Shown here: positions 1 through 12,149 of the stretch, one piece after another | How positions within the stretch are numbered: position 1 is the first letter of the stretch | How the letters are laid out: each line of letters starts with the position of its first letter | Origin: Paraspadella gotoi | Lineage: Eukaryota; Animalia; Chaetognatha | Direction: 5' to 3' | Assembly: GCA_051294375.1 (NCBI GenBank) | Contig: CM119263.1 | Span: forward strand, 20,982,424-21,014,509 | Length of the DNA stretch: 32,086 bases | Notes under the pieces: model-generated | The model's input: the letters and a program-made list of their open reading frames with translations, nothing else | What the model was told of the DNA's origin: nothing | Database searches by the model: none | Program-made: the position numbers and the translations under genes

Positions 1-742
1 CTCAGATTCCAATTTTTCTCTCAATTGAAATTTCTTGACAAATATAGAAGAGTTATGAACATTTTTCAGGACTCCTCCCATGAATTGTTAAGAATTAGTT
101 TTGTTGACAAAAAAGGCTGAATAATTGCTTTTTTTCTGAAAATCGGACTTTGTTCCTTGCCAGTTGCTGTAGTTGTACTGTATTTTCAAGATTGTTTCCA
201 ATTGTTAAAAATATTGTGATGAGTCGCTGCCTTTGATGTTGGTCGAGCTCTGGAGGTTGCTCATGTGGTAAATAAAGGTCATGAGGCTGTAGAGGGGAAG
301 GAGCTCTTGGCGAGGTTAATCAAGGGATGCTGCGGTGTTGAGAAGATAGTTGTGTCATGGTTTAATGGAGATTTGTTTACCTCGTTCCATGTATTTCTGC
401 CAGAGATCCACATGACTCTTGATCGTTTCCTTTATTGATGCTGAAGAGTTGCATCTTGGATGAAAGAGAGAAGAATAATTTGGCGTTTTGCTAGGTTTTT
501 GGGTCTTAATGTCTCGTTTTCTAAGTGGAATTGGGACTTTGAAGGGTAGAATCTTGATGGGAGGCGATGATGCTTCGGTGACTTTGTCTGAAGTTGACGT
601 TGAGATGGAATCTTCATGTTTTTTCTCATTCTTTTTATTTTCTCTGCTTTCTCAATATAGTGAATCTTTGGTGACGCTGATTTATTACGTAAATCAAAGC
701 TTAGAGGCCTACTCTTTTCATGTGGACGTGACCGAGAGTCAG
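1..742 (-). pseudogene. Degraded coding-like segment, probably a retroelement ORF remnant
   Basis: Strong A/C strand skew and long stop-poor stretches in shifting frames (e.g. QRLITIFLTIGNNLENTVQLQQLARNKVRFSEKKQLFSLFCQQN). No diagnostic motif. Confidence 0.3.
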
Positions 743-939
743 NNNNNNNNNNNNNNNNNNNNNNNNNNNNNNNNNNNNNNNNNNNNNNNNNNNNNNNNNN
801 NNNNNNNNNNNNNNNNNNNNNNNNNNNNNNNNNNNNNNNNNNATCGGCGATTAGATTATTGATTTATTAATACATCCTGCATATACATTTAATATAAAAG
901 GAAAAGGAAGCATAATCAAATTAGTTAAAACAGGTTTTT

Positions 940-1410
940 TTTGTTTTTTCCATTTAAATCATTTCTTTTTTGAACTTGATTTCCTGTTCAATCACACACT
1001 TTTTCCTACCCACACTACAAAATCCAGGTCAATCAGACCCAATCTCACTCGATGAGCAATTGGTGTTCAATTTATGAATATTATTTTTTCCTCTCTCCAT
1101 TTAAATCATTCTCCCACCTTCGTGATGATTCATCGAAACATTTCAAATACCCCAGCCTCAACAAAAACACTTACCTATTCCTCAACCACAAATTTTCATT
1201 TAAATCCATCCATCAATGACGAGTAATTGGTGTGTGTTTTTTGGCGTAAAGGTGGGGACGGACGGACGGACGACGCGACGGAACGGATGCACGGAGGACG
1301 GACAGACAGACAGACCAGGACGACAGACAGACAGACAGACAGGAACAGACAGGACAGACAGACAGACAGAACAGATACCAGACGCGACGGAACGGACGGA
1401 CGCGACATCA
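940..1410. mobile_element. Second Helitron/Helentron-like non-autonomous family with a (GACG/GACA)n microsatellite
   Basis: Two tandem ~150-bp subrepeats (CCATTTAAATCAT...CACACAC...CCTACCCACA...AAAAT), then CGAGTAATTGGTG...AAGGTGGG-ACGGACGG and (GACA)n. The same arrangement recurs at 15040-15480. Confidence 0.6.
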
Positions 1411-1441
1411 GGCTCTGCCAGAGTTGACTGTACAGCGGCAC

Positions 1442-1745
1442 TGATCGTTCGTTTTTTTTAAAATTCTGATTATTTTTTTCCTTTTAAAAACTTTTTCATT
1501 ATCGCCATTTCTTATTTCCGGCTTAATTTCCCAAATTTACCATACCGAGATTTTCGTTAGATTTTCCTGAGACAGAAATATATGAGAATATCTTATTGAC
1601 CTGGATTTCGAATGGCCGTGCCAGGCAACGAGTAAACAATGTCGAGCGCGCCACATGACCTAATAAACGCGTTTTTTGATGGGCAACGGAAACGTTTACG
1701 TGATAAAAAATAATAACTTGACCGAGATCACGCCGATATAATTTA
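1442..1745 (+). mobile_element. Internal fragment of the HINE family (core module plus adjacent module)
   Basis: GATCGTTCGTTTTTTT...ATCGCCATTT...CCCAAATTTAC...GACCTAATAAACGCGTTTT...AACTTGACCGAGATCACGCCGATATA is the reverse complement of ~22420-22710. Confidence 0.7.
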
Positions 1746-2791
1746 GACCTCCCAGAAATATCACACATTTGTTGAAATTTGTTGATTCATTGCAAAGTTT
1801 CTTCATTTCCAATTTTTGCTGAGAGGAAAAACCGAATATCAACCTAGAAAATTTTTTTTCGACATGCCTCTTTATGGACTTTCCTCGCCACTTTTTTGGC
1901 CCGCGCGGCGGAACTACTTCCGTTGAAAAAAGACACGATTTTTGAAAGAACCAAGCAAGTTATTCGGTCAGCATGCCTTAGTAAATTAATCAAATTATAT
2001 TTACTTATAACGCTAATACTTTAATCTAATTTTTTTGTTTTGGTTTCCACAAATGATGTCTTAAAACGATAACAATTAAAAAAGACTATATAATTAAAAT
2101 TGCACAATTTTTTTTACATAATCCGGTTTTTGACAAGATTGTCAACTAATTTTAAGAAAATTTTATACAATTAGAACTATTATGGGGATTATTCAACCCA
2201 TTGAGCCGACATGAATTCCCAAAGTGGTTCAATCAATGCCAAAAAAAAATATTATTTTTTTTAAAACTTTAATTATTTTTTTTCCTGTCTAAACAGTTTT
2301 TTTAAATTGTGGGTTTGGTGAATTTCTTTGAAAGTCAAAATTTTGGAAAATAAAGAGAAAAATGTTTTTTTTTATTTTAATTATGCAATTAAGGTTTCTT
2401 CGATTTTAAGGGGAAAACGCTTTTTCATTCAATTGATGCCTTAAAAAAAATTTTAATTCAAAAAATTAACGACTATGATTATAAATAACAGATGAGTTTT
2501 AGTTATTAAATAAACAAGGACAAGTTTTGACTTTAATCAAGCCTTCTTCAGCGCTATTTAGTGCCATTAGTTGCAATTTTTCTTGCTTCATAATACTCAT
2601 CGTTTTTAATCGTTTAATCTCTTATTGTTCTTTAATTGGTCAAATCTGGTCTTTTTTATTTCAGAAAAAAAAAAAAAAAAAAAAAATTCTTCCAGCGGCT
2701 AAAAGATGTTCCGTTTCTTAATACATAAAATTCAAATTCAAAACAAAATAGAGAGAAAATATATTATTTTATTGTGTTTAAAAACATGGTT

Positions 2792-2996
2792 TGTGAGATA
2801 TTTTTGGTCTCACGCTCGCGAAGGTAAAACAATTCGAAACGTTGCCCTTCCGAATAGAAAAGACGATTTCTCATTTTCTCGTTGAAACTTTATTATCAAA
2901 ATTCTTACCGTGAGACCCATGTTAAGGGGACAGTCGGAACGGGCAACGTTTCGAATGTTTCCTTCTGCGAGCGTGAGACCAAGAAGCTATCTCACA
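2792..2996. repeat. ~60-bp inverted repeat pair around an 80-bp spacer (MITE-like palindrome)
   Basis: TGTGAGATA..TTGGTCTCACGCTCGCGAAGG..TTCGAAACGTTGCCCTTCCGA (2792-2853) pairs with TCGGAACGGGCAACGTTTCGAA..CCTTCTGCGAGCGTGAGACCAA..TATCTCACA (2934-2996). No clear TSD. Confidence 0.8.
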
Positions 2997-4209
2997 GTAA
3001 AAAACGGGTTTTTGAAGCGGGGTACAACGTTATTGAAGGCTCTGAAGAATAAAAGTTGAAAAAAAAAATACGGACAACCAGGACATGGTTCGGCTCTTGA
3101 TAAGAGCTAGCGTAATTTGCTTCATGAAATAAAAAAAATTCTTCACCAAAGCAAAATTCGCCGCTAAAGGAAGGGCTCTCATCAGAGCGGGAAACCATGT
3201 CCAATATTTTTTTTGCTTCACTTTTCTACATTGTTTTTAAACAAGAAAAAAACTTTGTATCTAAAAACATCTTCACATTTGCATATTGTCTTTAAAATTT
3301 CGCGTTTTAATGCTTTTTAATGGAGACGGAAATTAATTATTTGCAACAATTTTATTATTAGACGAACATGTTTTCAGGCTCACAATTGAGCGCTTCAATC
3401 AGCCTACGTCAAAGCTCTTTGTGGAATTACAAATTTTTCTACAAACTTTCTGGAAACTTTACCCCCTCTCTATCTCTCTTTCCCCCTCCCTCTTCTTCTT
3501 TGGGGCGCCCCATTCATAAAATTAGTAAAATCATATTTATTTTTTAACTTATTTTTTACTTCTTTAAAGATTATTATTTTGGGCAATTTTTGTACTCCTT
3601 TAACATTTCATTTTTATTCAAAGTACGATGGAATAATTGGCTTATAATTGTTCTTATTATGTACATTAGCGTAGCGATATATTGGCGCCACTCCTCGAGT
3701 TATTATAGATCAATTTACTAAATAAAATAATATTAAAAAAAAATATATGAATATAAACATAACGAGTAGATTATTGTTAACGTCTTAAATTCAAAGAATA
3801 GTATTAGAAAAATTCTTTCAAATTTCAAAAATTGCAATCTTTATTTCCTTTTTAATGGTTTGAAATATTATGTGAAGTATTTATATCAATTGTTTAGTAA
3901 GTATACATTGCTATACATATAATTTTAATAAAAAAATTTAAAATATTTAGAACTATGTATAATTAAACCAGAAATAAGCTTAAAATAAACTTAATTTTAG
4001 CTCTAGAAACATTTTATTTCAAAAAACAACACGCTACTTTTGAAACCGGAAGTTCTGGTCACGCCACATAAAGTGGCGCTGGAAAGCTCCATAAATCACA
4101 ACCTGAGAAATTTTCATTTGTGATAATTCGTTTTTTTCACTAAAATGGAATAAGAAACTTTTGCGAGAACCAACAACTTTTCTATAAAGTAGTAGGATAT
4201 TGGACGGCC

Positions 4210-4261
4210 TAGCCGATTATAAACGAGAGTGACCTAATTATGCGTATCGTTGGCGGGAAAA

Positions 4262-4307
<46 letters not shown>

Positions 4308-4602
4308 ACAAAACAATAAATTTATTACTTTTTTTCACACCGGTCACAAGGCAACGAGGTAAACGAGTAAACGAAGTTCCGGGCTCTCTCTCTCTCATCC
4401 TTTCTCTCTATCTGTTCTCTTCTCTCTCTTCTCTTTTTCTCTCTCTCTCTTTCTTCTTTCTATCTCTTTTTTTTTTTTACAAAAATAATTTTTTAGTCCA
4501 CTTTTTTTTCCACCACCCGTCACTGGGCGACGAGGTAAACGATTAAACGATTCGCCTCCTCTTCCGCTCTCTCTCTTCTCTCTCTCTCGTCTCTTCTCTA
4601 TC

Positions 4603-4634
<32 letters not shown>

Positions 4635-4646
4635 TCTTCTCTCTCT

Positions 4647-4685
<39 letters not shown>

Positions 4686-6266
4686 TTTTACAAAAAATAA
4701 TTTTTAGTTACTTTTTTTTTTCAACCACCCGTCATGTAGGCGACGAGAAACGAGTAAACCGAGTTCGGCTCTCTGTTCAGCTTCTTTCTCCTCTCTCTCT
4801 CTCCTCTCTCTCTCTCTGCTCTTCTTGTACGATCGTTCGTTTTTTTTGAAAAATTTCTTTATTTTTCTTCTAAAACTTATCTATCGCCATTTATTTTTTT
4901 TTTCCAATACAATCCCAATTTACATCGAGATTTTTCAATGGATTCATTTTAGAAAAAGGAAGAATAACTTAAAAATGCAGGCAATGTTTACATTTCATTC
5001 AGCTTTGCTGCTGGTAACAAATACCTTGCTATATGTCCGGCAATTGCGCGGATTAAATTTAATTGTATATGAAATTGTACAACAAATATTAAAAATTATC
5101 CATTCATTTAATATAAATAAGCTATTTCTTTGCCCCTGACTTTGGAAGGCTTTGGTGGTTTAAGGCCTCCATCACTCTTACAAGATATATTACATAGCAG
5201 GTCCCTGCAAGCTTTCGAATCAAAAGACTCTCTCACAAGTCCCGTTTATTCACTCCAGAGTACCTGGCTTCCCTATCAATGAAGTGGAATATAAGAATTA
5301 TTTCAATTGTATGAAAAGACCCACTCCTTATATTAGATTCGGATATACTTATTGTTACTCCGCACTAGCGCATCAAAATACAGGGTAAGCTGATTTTATG
5401 AAATTGGCTACAAACCAATATTAACAAATTATCCATTTCATTAATAGAATAAGCTATCCCTTGCCCCTGAACTTTGGACAGGCTTTGGTGGTTTTAAGGC
5501 TCCCATCACTCTTACCAGATAATTACATAGCAGGTTTCCCTGCAAGCTCCTTCAATCAAGACTCTTTCACAGTCTTTATTCACTCCCAGTAGTACTGGCG
5601 TTCGCCTAGTCAATGAAGTGGAAACTATTTTCAAAAGAATGGTTTCAATTGTATGGATAAGACCACTCCTTAAGTATTAGATCGGGATACTTATTTGTAC
5701 CCGCACTAGCCATCAAAATACAAGGAGCTAATTTTTAATGAAATTGGTACAACAATATAAAAATTATCCATTCATTTTAATAAATAAGCTATCTTGCCCT
5801 GACTTGTTGGACAGAGCTTTGGTGGTTTAAGGCCTCCATTTCTAAAAAAAATAATTTTTTTTTTTTGTTTATTATTTGTAACTTTGGACCGGTCGGTTCC
5901 ACTATTTGGCAAATTATATCTAAAATGGAGTTGAGAAGAAAGATATAGTTCAAATTAAACATTACTTTTTTGTTATATCTATTAATTACAATTTTAAATT
6001 TTAAATTTTTTTTAGTGTATATATTTAATCTTTTTATCCTTTTTTAAATAATAATTATTTGAGTTGCGGATAAAATATTTATAAATTAGGTTAAATATGC
6101 AAATATGAAATTTGACCTCGGGTTCTGGTTTCTTTTAAAAAAAAGAACAATCTAAAATTTCATTCAAGATTTAAACTTTTTTATAGAAGAAAAAAGAGTT
6201 ACGTCCCTACTCAGATCGTTCGAAAAAACGAGTTCAGCGGGCGGTCCAGCTGCTTCTCTCATCTTT

Positions 6267-6311
<45 letters not shown>

Positions 6312-6558
6312 GTTTTTCTTTCTATTTTCCGCCATTTTTCCGTCGCTTTTTTTTCATTACAAAATCCAATTTTACATTCTGAGATTTCGGTGGATTTTTT
6401 TCTCTAAAAAATTCTGATTATTCTTTATAAAACGAGAGTGAAAACTACCAGCCCTATTCAGTTTATTTTGTTATATTGCGCATCAATTACTGGTTATCAT
6501 CGCATCATATTTTTGTGTTACCATCGAAAGCAGGCTCGATCCTTATGCTTTTAAGATT
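4210..6558 (+). mobile_element. Composite HINE subfamily A copy (5' terminus not seen), carrying a ~332-bp tandem array
   Basis: Ends GCAGGCTCGATCCTTATGCTTTTAAGATT (6530-6558). Its modules are inverted copies of parts of 21258-22430 and 23291-23790. Confidence 0.7.
5062..5839. repeat. ~332-bp tandem repeat (about 2.3 units) with several hairpins and a conserved pseudoknot motif
   Basis: GCCC(C)TGA...TTGGA(C)AGGCTTTGGTGGTTTAAGGCCTCCA recurs at ~5132, ~5463 and ~5796. Hairpins include GCAGG/CCTGC and AAGACT/AGTCTT. Confidence 0.9.
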
Positions 6559-6796
6559 TATTTTTTTTATTTTTTCAACGATTGGACCTTCTCACATTGT
6601 AGCTGAACCTTCTGAGTACCAAATGGCTGCATAATTGATAATATTGGGTAAAGGTGTTTTCTCTGAGATCAATAAATTCGTGCAAAAAGTAGGCTGAAAC
6701 TCCCTTTTAGCTTTATCTTGCATGCGACGTAAGTACAAAATAAAAACAAAAAAAAAAATAAATTTTAAGAAGATTATAACGAATATTCTTAATTGT

Positions 6797-6905
6797 TAAA
6801 AAAGAACATTTTTGCGCTGAAGAAGGTTCGTATTGTGAACCGAAACATGTCCGTTTTCTCAATAAAACAAATTCGTTGTTGCCACTACAATCAAACTTTT
6901 CTCTA
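6797..6905 (+). mobile_element. 109-bp PLE-derived terminal fragment (hammerhead plus polyA signal) flanked by 19-bp direct repeats
   Basis: AACGAATATTCTTAATTGT occurs identically at 6778-6796 and 6906-6924, bracketing the ribozyme-bearing segment. Confidence 0.75.
6814..6854 (+). ncRNA. Minimal type I hammerhead ribozyme, Penelope-like-element (PLE) type
   Basis: Core CUGAAGA at 6817-6823 plus an extra A. Stem II is GGUUCG/UGAACC (6825-6830/6836-6841) with loop UAUUG. GAAA at 6842-6845. Stem III is the palindrome ACAUGU (6845-6850), with cleavage triplet GUC at 6849-6851. Stem I is short, GCG/CGU. AATAAA follows at 6861-6866, as in PLE 3' ends. Confidence 0.85.
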
Positions 6906-7589
6906 AACGAATATTCTTAATTGTCAAATGCTTTATGTATATCTTACCTTTTNNNNNNNNNNATTAAGCGGTTTCTCCGTTGGTTAATCATCGACCCTAA
7001 TCTTTAGCCGATTAAACCCAAAAAACTTTTAAGGATTCGTTATCGCTTTTGCCCCTGTCATCGACAGAGAGATTGCCGCTGAAGCCAATGACATAAAACA
7101 TCGCAAGGTCTCCCCAACGCCAATTTATTACGAAATATCTGAAAGCCTGTCCTATGCTTCTTTTACTTAGAAACCGCGTGAGTTACAAATGCCATCCCCA
7201 TCGCTAATGCCATTTCCCATCACTCATGCCATCCCCATCTCCAAAACCATCCTGCATCGTCAATGCCATCGTCGCTCTAACCTCCCTGGCGCGCTCGTTG
7301 GTCGTCAATTGTTAAGTCGTCTAGCGTAACCATGTCGACGTAAATAGGTCAACGACCACGGTTGTTTTCGGGTTAGATGAGGGAGGGCGTTCGAGGGAAG
7401 AGACGGTTGGCCTTTCGAGGTTGAGAGGGTCAAGGGGTATGAGTTGGTCGAGTGGCCTACTAATGGGGTGGGAGGCAGGAGGGGAGGTGAAAAGGCGTGT
7501 GCCCCTGCGGGGGTTAACGACTTCCTCTAATTTATTCTCGTTTTTGAGTCGATGAAGAAAATGCAAAAATAAACATGAGATACAGAAAG

Positions 7590-7692
<103 letters not shown>

Positions 7693-8089
7693 ATTTAACC
7701 CTAATAAAGTTGAATCCATAATAACCTTGGCAGAACTGCTAGCGTTCTCTATAACTCAACCGCTCGAACCGGGAAAAAGTTTTTTTCATATTTGGACTTT
7801 CGGCGACAGAAATCCGCTTTCGCATAATGATAATCATGGCAACGAGAGATGAGAATAAACAGAGAAAGCCGAAGATTTCCGCGCCATTTTGCGGGAAAAA
7901 AGAGGTGGAGGTCTCCCCGAGTGGGTAAACAAGCCGTCCGAGAGATATTCGAGCTTTGGGGATAAATGACGGAAAAGTCTAAATACAAACAAGTTTGAGC
8001 AAACAATGTCGGATCTGCCCTCGATCATTATCGGTAATTAATTAATAATTAAATAATTAATAATTAATGTTTGTTTTTAGGTCTTTTCG

Positions 8090-8700
8090 TCATTAACCAC
8101 GACAATCAAGAAACTATAAAAATATAAAACAAAACTGTCAAGAACGTTCAAAATTCAAATTTTTAAAACAAAAAACATCAAAAAACAAAAGACCACAAAA
8201 CGTTTAAATGGACTCAAGAACAAACAAAAAAACAAAACAAAAAAATATAAAGCATAAACGAAAAACACGTTAATAAAAAGTAAAAACAAAAAACAAAAAA
8301 TATGAAAAAGAACAAAAGAAAAAATATAAAGCATAAAATGGAAATATACCTAAAATTACTAATTATAATGTGCTTAAGAGTAAAGGGCAAAACTAGGATT
8401 TTTTTAAATAATTTTATAATCGGTTAAAACCGGGAAAAAGTAAAAAAGTGTTTAAAGTAAAAACAAAAAATGTCTAGTATACAAAAGTGGTTTAATGCGT
8501 AAAATTAAACGAACAAAAACGTAAAACGTCATGGTTTTATTTTTATAAAACGTCATTATAAGTATTAATGCTTAGTGTATAACATATACCCAAAAATTTA
8601 TAATCAATGTTTTAAATAAAGGGTAGAGGACCACAAGCTATTAATAAAATAAAAAACTACCAATCAATATATATATATATATATACAACACATACCAATT
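8090..8700. repeat. A-rich repeat, direct copy of ~13070-13640
   Basis: Shared blocks include AAGAAACTATAAAA.TATA, CAAGAACGTTCAAAATTCAAATTTTTAA and TTAATGCTTAGTGTATAACATATACCCAAA...AAAGGGTAGAGG.ACCACA...CAATCAATATATATAT. Confidence 0.75.
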
Positions 8701-8803
8701 TTTTAATAATAATCAACAGAAACGACACTAATAAAACAAAAGGACGCTAAAAACAGAAAGACACTATAAAAACAAAAGAACCGCTAAAAACACTAAAGAC
8801 ACT

Positions 8804-11800
8804 CACCGCCGTTCCTTTTGGACATCGCATTTACTCGGCAGTGGAGGTGCACAAGAATGAGATGTCCCGGGATATACGTTTCCGGACCTTTGGGCTACAC
8901 CAAAAAAAAAGGGTAATCAAATTTTTCCTAATGACAGTTTTTATAAAATTAATATTAAAATTACTATTATAAAATCAATAAAGTCAGAATAAACAAATTT
9001 AAAAAATGGTTCCTAAAATTTGTTAAAAATGAAAATATCATGGCCATCATCCATAATCTATAAAACAATTTCTTTCGTTATGAGTCCCATAACCATTATT
9101 CTATCCTTTAATAGTTATTTGTAATTAATTTTTCTTATTAAAAATATTATTTTAATTTTTTTCAAATAAGTTTAAATTAACAAAAAATTATAACTATGCC
9201 AAATGATTGAAGAAAAATTTTATATTATAACGGGACTTCACCTACCTAATATAGGCCTTCAAATACACTATATAGTAAGTTTATTATAACTGAGTTCTTA
9301 CATAGAAAATAAATAATTTATTTAAATTAAAATATATGAAAAAAATTTTAACTTTTGAATTTTTTTTTAGCACTATAAAACATACATTATTAATTAATTG
9401 TTCATGATGCTTTTAAATAGCTACTGCCGTCAGTTGTATCATTCTCACATTATAATAATTTTATAACTTTTTTTATTTTTAGTAATCACTGACTGCCTAT
9501 ACTTTACTTACTTTGACAAAATCCAAAAACTTACTGTTATTAAAAATTATGTATGAAAACAGTACGAAAATTTTTTTTAAATCACATGCTATTAATTGTT
9601 GAACTGACTAAAATTATCCTTGGACAAAAAATTTAAAAAAGTTTTAAACAAATCCAACTAGACATTTTTAAGGTTGTCAAATTGTATTAAATATTTTGAT
9701 ATTCGGACTGCTTTGTAGGTTTTAACTTAATTCAGTAGCCTCTTCTTACACTTGCACAAAAAAGCAGTATATTTAACAGTTTTTTTATTTGGAGTGGGCA
9801 TCAAAGGTTTCTAACACATCATTAACATCCAGCTATATTTGTTAAGTATAGTAGAATTCCTTCTATAGATTTTTTATTTTTGAAAACCGTTTTACTTTTT
9901 TTCTATAATTTTTTTGAACCACGCAAAACGTTTTTTTTGACTTACGCCGAAGAGAATCGTTAAAAAATTAAAAAGAAATAGCTACCAATAGTTAGATTTA
10001 TGTCTAGAATAGATGAAAAAAAACCTTGCTTAAAAACTTTGATCAGCGAAGTGCGGCCGTAACCTACAGGCTTACCAACGGTATCCTCACATGCTGATCG
10101 TTCTCTGCCTATAAATTTTTTAAATTTAATACCACTTTGAAAAGCGGAAAAAAAGAAAAAATTCAAATTCAGCGGTGGCATAAAGGGTAGAGAAAACTTG
10201 TACCATAGTGACACTGATAATACATGACCTTTTATGTCTTGCGTAATGGGGCAGTTAAAGAAACCTTTAAACAAATGCCAATCATTAAGCTCAGTTCAAA
10301 TGAACCCTTTCGCCGAATTTTCTTCTTAAATTAAAATGGTATGATAAAATATTAGAATTAAATTCCCTTTATTAAAGGTTGTCTATATTTTAAAAGAAAA
10401 TTATCAATACAACTTCAAAACACAATTGATCGTCTTGCTTTGTCAAACTTATGTCAGCCAGTTAAGTAATTTTTAAAAATATTTATTATGATAAAACAAG
10501 CAGTATATCAAAGCTTTTTCTTTGCAGTTAAAAGATAATGAAAATGATTATTTTTTTTCACAGACAAGAGTAGACGCTCAGACTGTTCACTATATCAGCT
10601 GAAAACATTTATCTAATTTATCATTTTTTATATTAAAAAAACATTTTATCAAGCTACCTACAAAATTTTTTTGCTTGTTTTTTTACTTTAAACTGAAAAA
10701 TACAACAAATTATAAAGTAGAGACAAATTTACACTTGTAATTAAAATGTAATTCAGACTTTCCTCTTTTAATTTACAAAGAAAAACAAAAAATTTACATG
10801 CCTTCATTTGAAATTTGCTAATGCCAAAAAAAACTGTTATACTTCTTAACCTCGTATTGAAATAAAAACTGGTCGTAAAGATTTATTGATAAAATTTAAC
10901 AACACTGCTTCTAGAAATAAATGTCCCATGAATAGGGCTTTAATTTGATACCCACACCCACCTTGCTTACCTCTTTTTTTCAAAAGCGATATTCAAGAAA
11001 AAATAACTTTTTTTATTACTTTTTTGCATCTTGCAGTTTTTTTTAAACAACCTAACCTTTTGGCCTTAAAGAATGTTAGTTTTGGCCGATTGTTAAAAAC
11101 TTTTTTAAATTTTGTCCACAGGATAATATTTATCCAGTTCAAACAATTAAATAGGCATCCTTTGACTTTAAAAAAAAGGTCTTCGTCTGATTTCATACAT
11201 AATTTTAATACACCAGTCAATTTTTTGGATTCTGTAAACAAACAGTAAGTAAAAATATAGCCAGTCAGTATTTACTAAAAATAAAAAAAGTTATAAAATT
11301 ATTATAATGAGAATAATACAATGACCAGTAAAGCTAATTAAAAAGCATCAATATGAAACAATAATTAATTAATTATGTTTATTTATGCCTAAAAAAAAAA
11401 TTTACAAAAACCGTTCAAAATTTTTATTTCATATATTAATTTTATAAATTATTTATTTTCTAGTCAAACACATCATCATAATGCAACTTACTCCATATAT
11501 GTATTTGAAGGCCTATATTAGGTAGGTAAGTCCCTGTAATAATATAAAATTTTTCTTCAATCATTTGGCATAGTTTATAATTGTTTTTAATTTAAATTAT
11601 TGAAAAAAATCTAAAAATAATATTTAATAAAGAAAAATTAATACAAATAAACTATTAAAGATAGAATCAAATGGTTATGACTCAAACGAAAGTAAATTGT
11701 TCATAGATTATGGATGCATGCCCATATATTCTTATTTTTAAAAAAATTTAAACCATTTTTTAAAATTTTTTTATCTACTTTATTGATTTTATACAGCTAA

Positions 11801-11962
11801 TTTAAATATCTAATTTATAAAAAAAACTCGTCATTAGCGAAAAATCTTGATTACCCTTTTTTTTGTGTAGCCCAAAGGGTCCGGAACACGGCTATCCCGG
11901 GACATCTCATTTCCTTGTGCACTCCATGCCGAGTTTAAATCCGATGTAAAAGGAAACCGGTG
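8804..11962. mobile_element. Non-autonomous DNA transposon with very long TIRs, CAC...GTG termini and 4-bp TSD (CMC/Chapaev-like)
   Basis: Left end GACACT|CACCG...TTCCTTTT; right end AAAAGGAAACCGGTG|CACTAA. TSD CACT at 8800-8803 and 11963-11966. The inverted arms align from 8804 to ~9672 against ~11064-11962. The same AAAAGAC(A/G)CTAA tandem repeat continues on both flanks. No intact transposase ORF. Confidence 0.85.
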
Positions 11963-12149
11963 CACTAATTAACAAAACAAAAAAGACGCTAATATAAAAC
12001 GCTAATAACAACGCTAATAAAAACAGAAAGACACTAATAAAAACAAAAGACGCTAATTTAAAACAAAGAGACGCTAAAAACAAAATGGAGACGCTACATA
12101 AATACTCAAAAACCTAATTAATAATAACAAAAACATAGACGACTAAATA

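Noticed and set aside
1-660. Alternative genetic code (TAA=Gln) suggested by a long minus-strand frame with few stops
   Set aside because: All three minus frames are stop-poor because of the A/C skew, and both TAA and TGA interrupt them. Decay or sequencing error explains this better.
6963-7330. Pro/Ser-repeat coding-like stretch (MPSPSLMP...)
   Set aside because: Stops and frameshifts occur in every frame, the strand is ambiguous, and no domain is recognisable.
8804-11962. RAG/Transib-type transposon
   Set aside because: The TSD is 4 bp rather than 5 bp, there is no RSS-like heptamer/nonamer, and no RAG-like ORF is recognisable.
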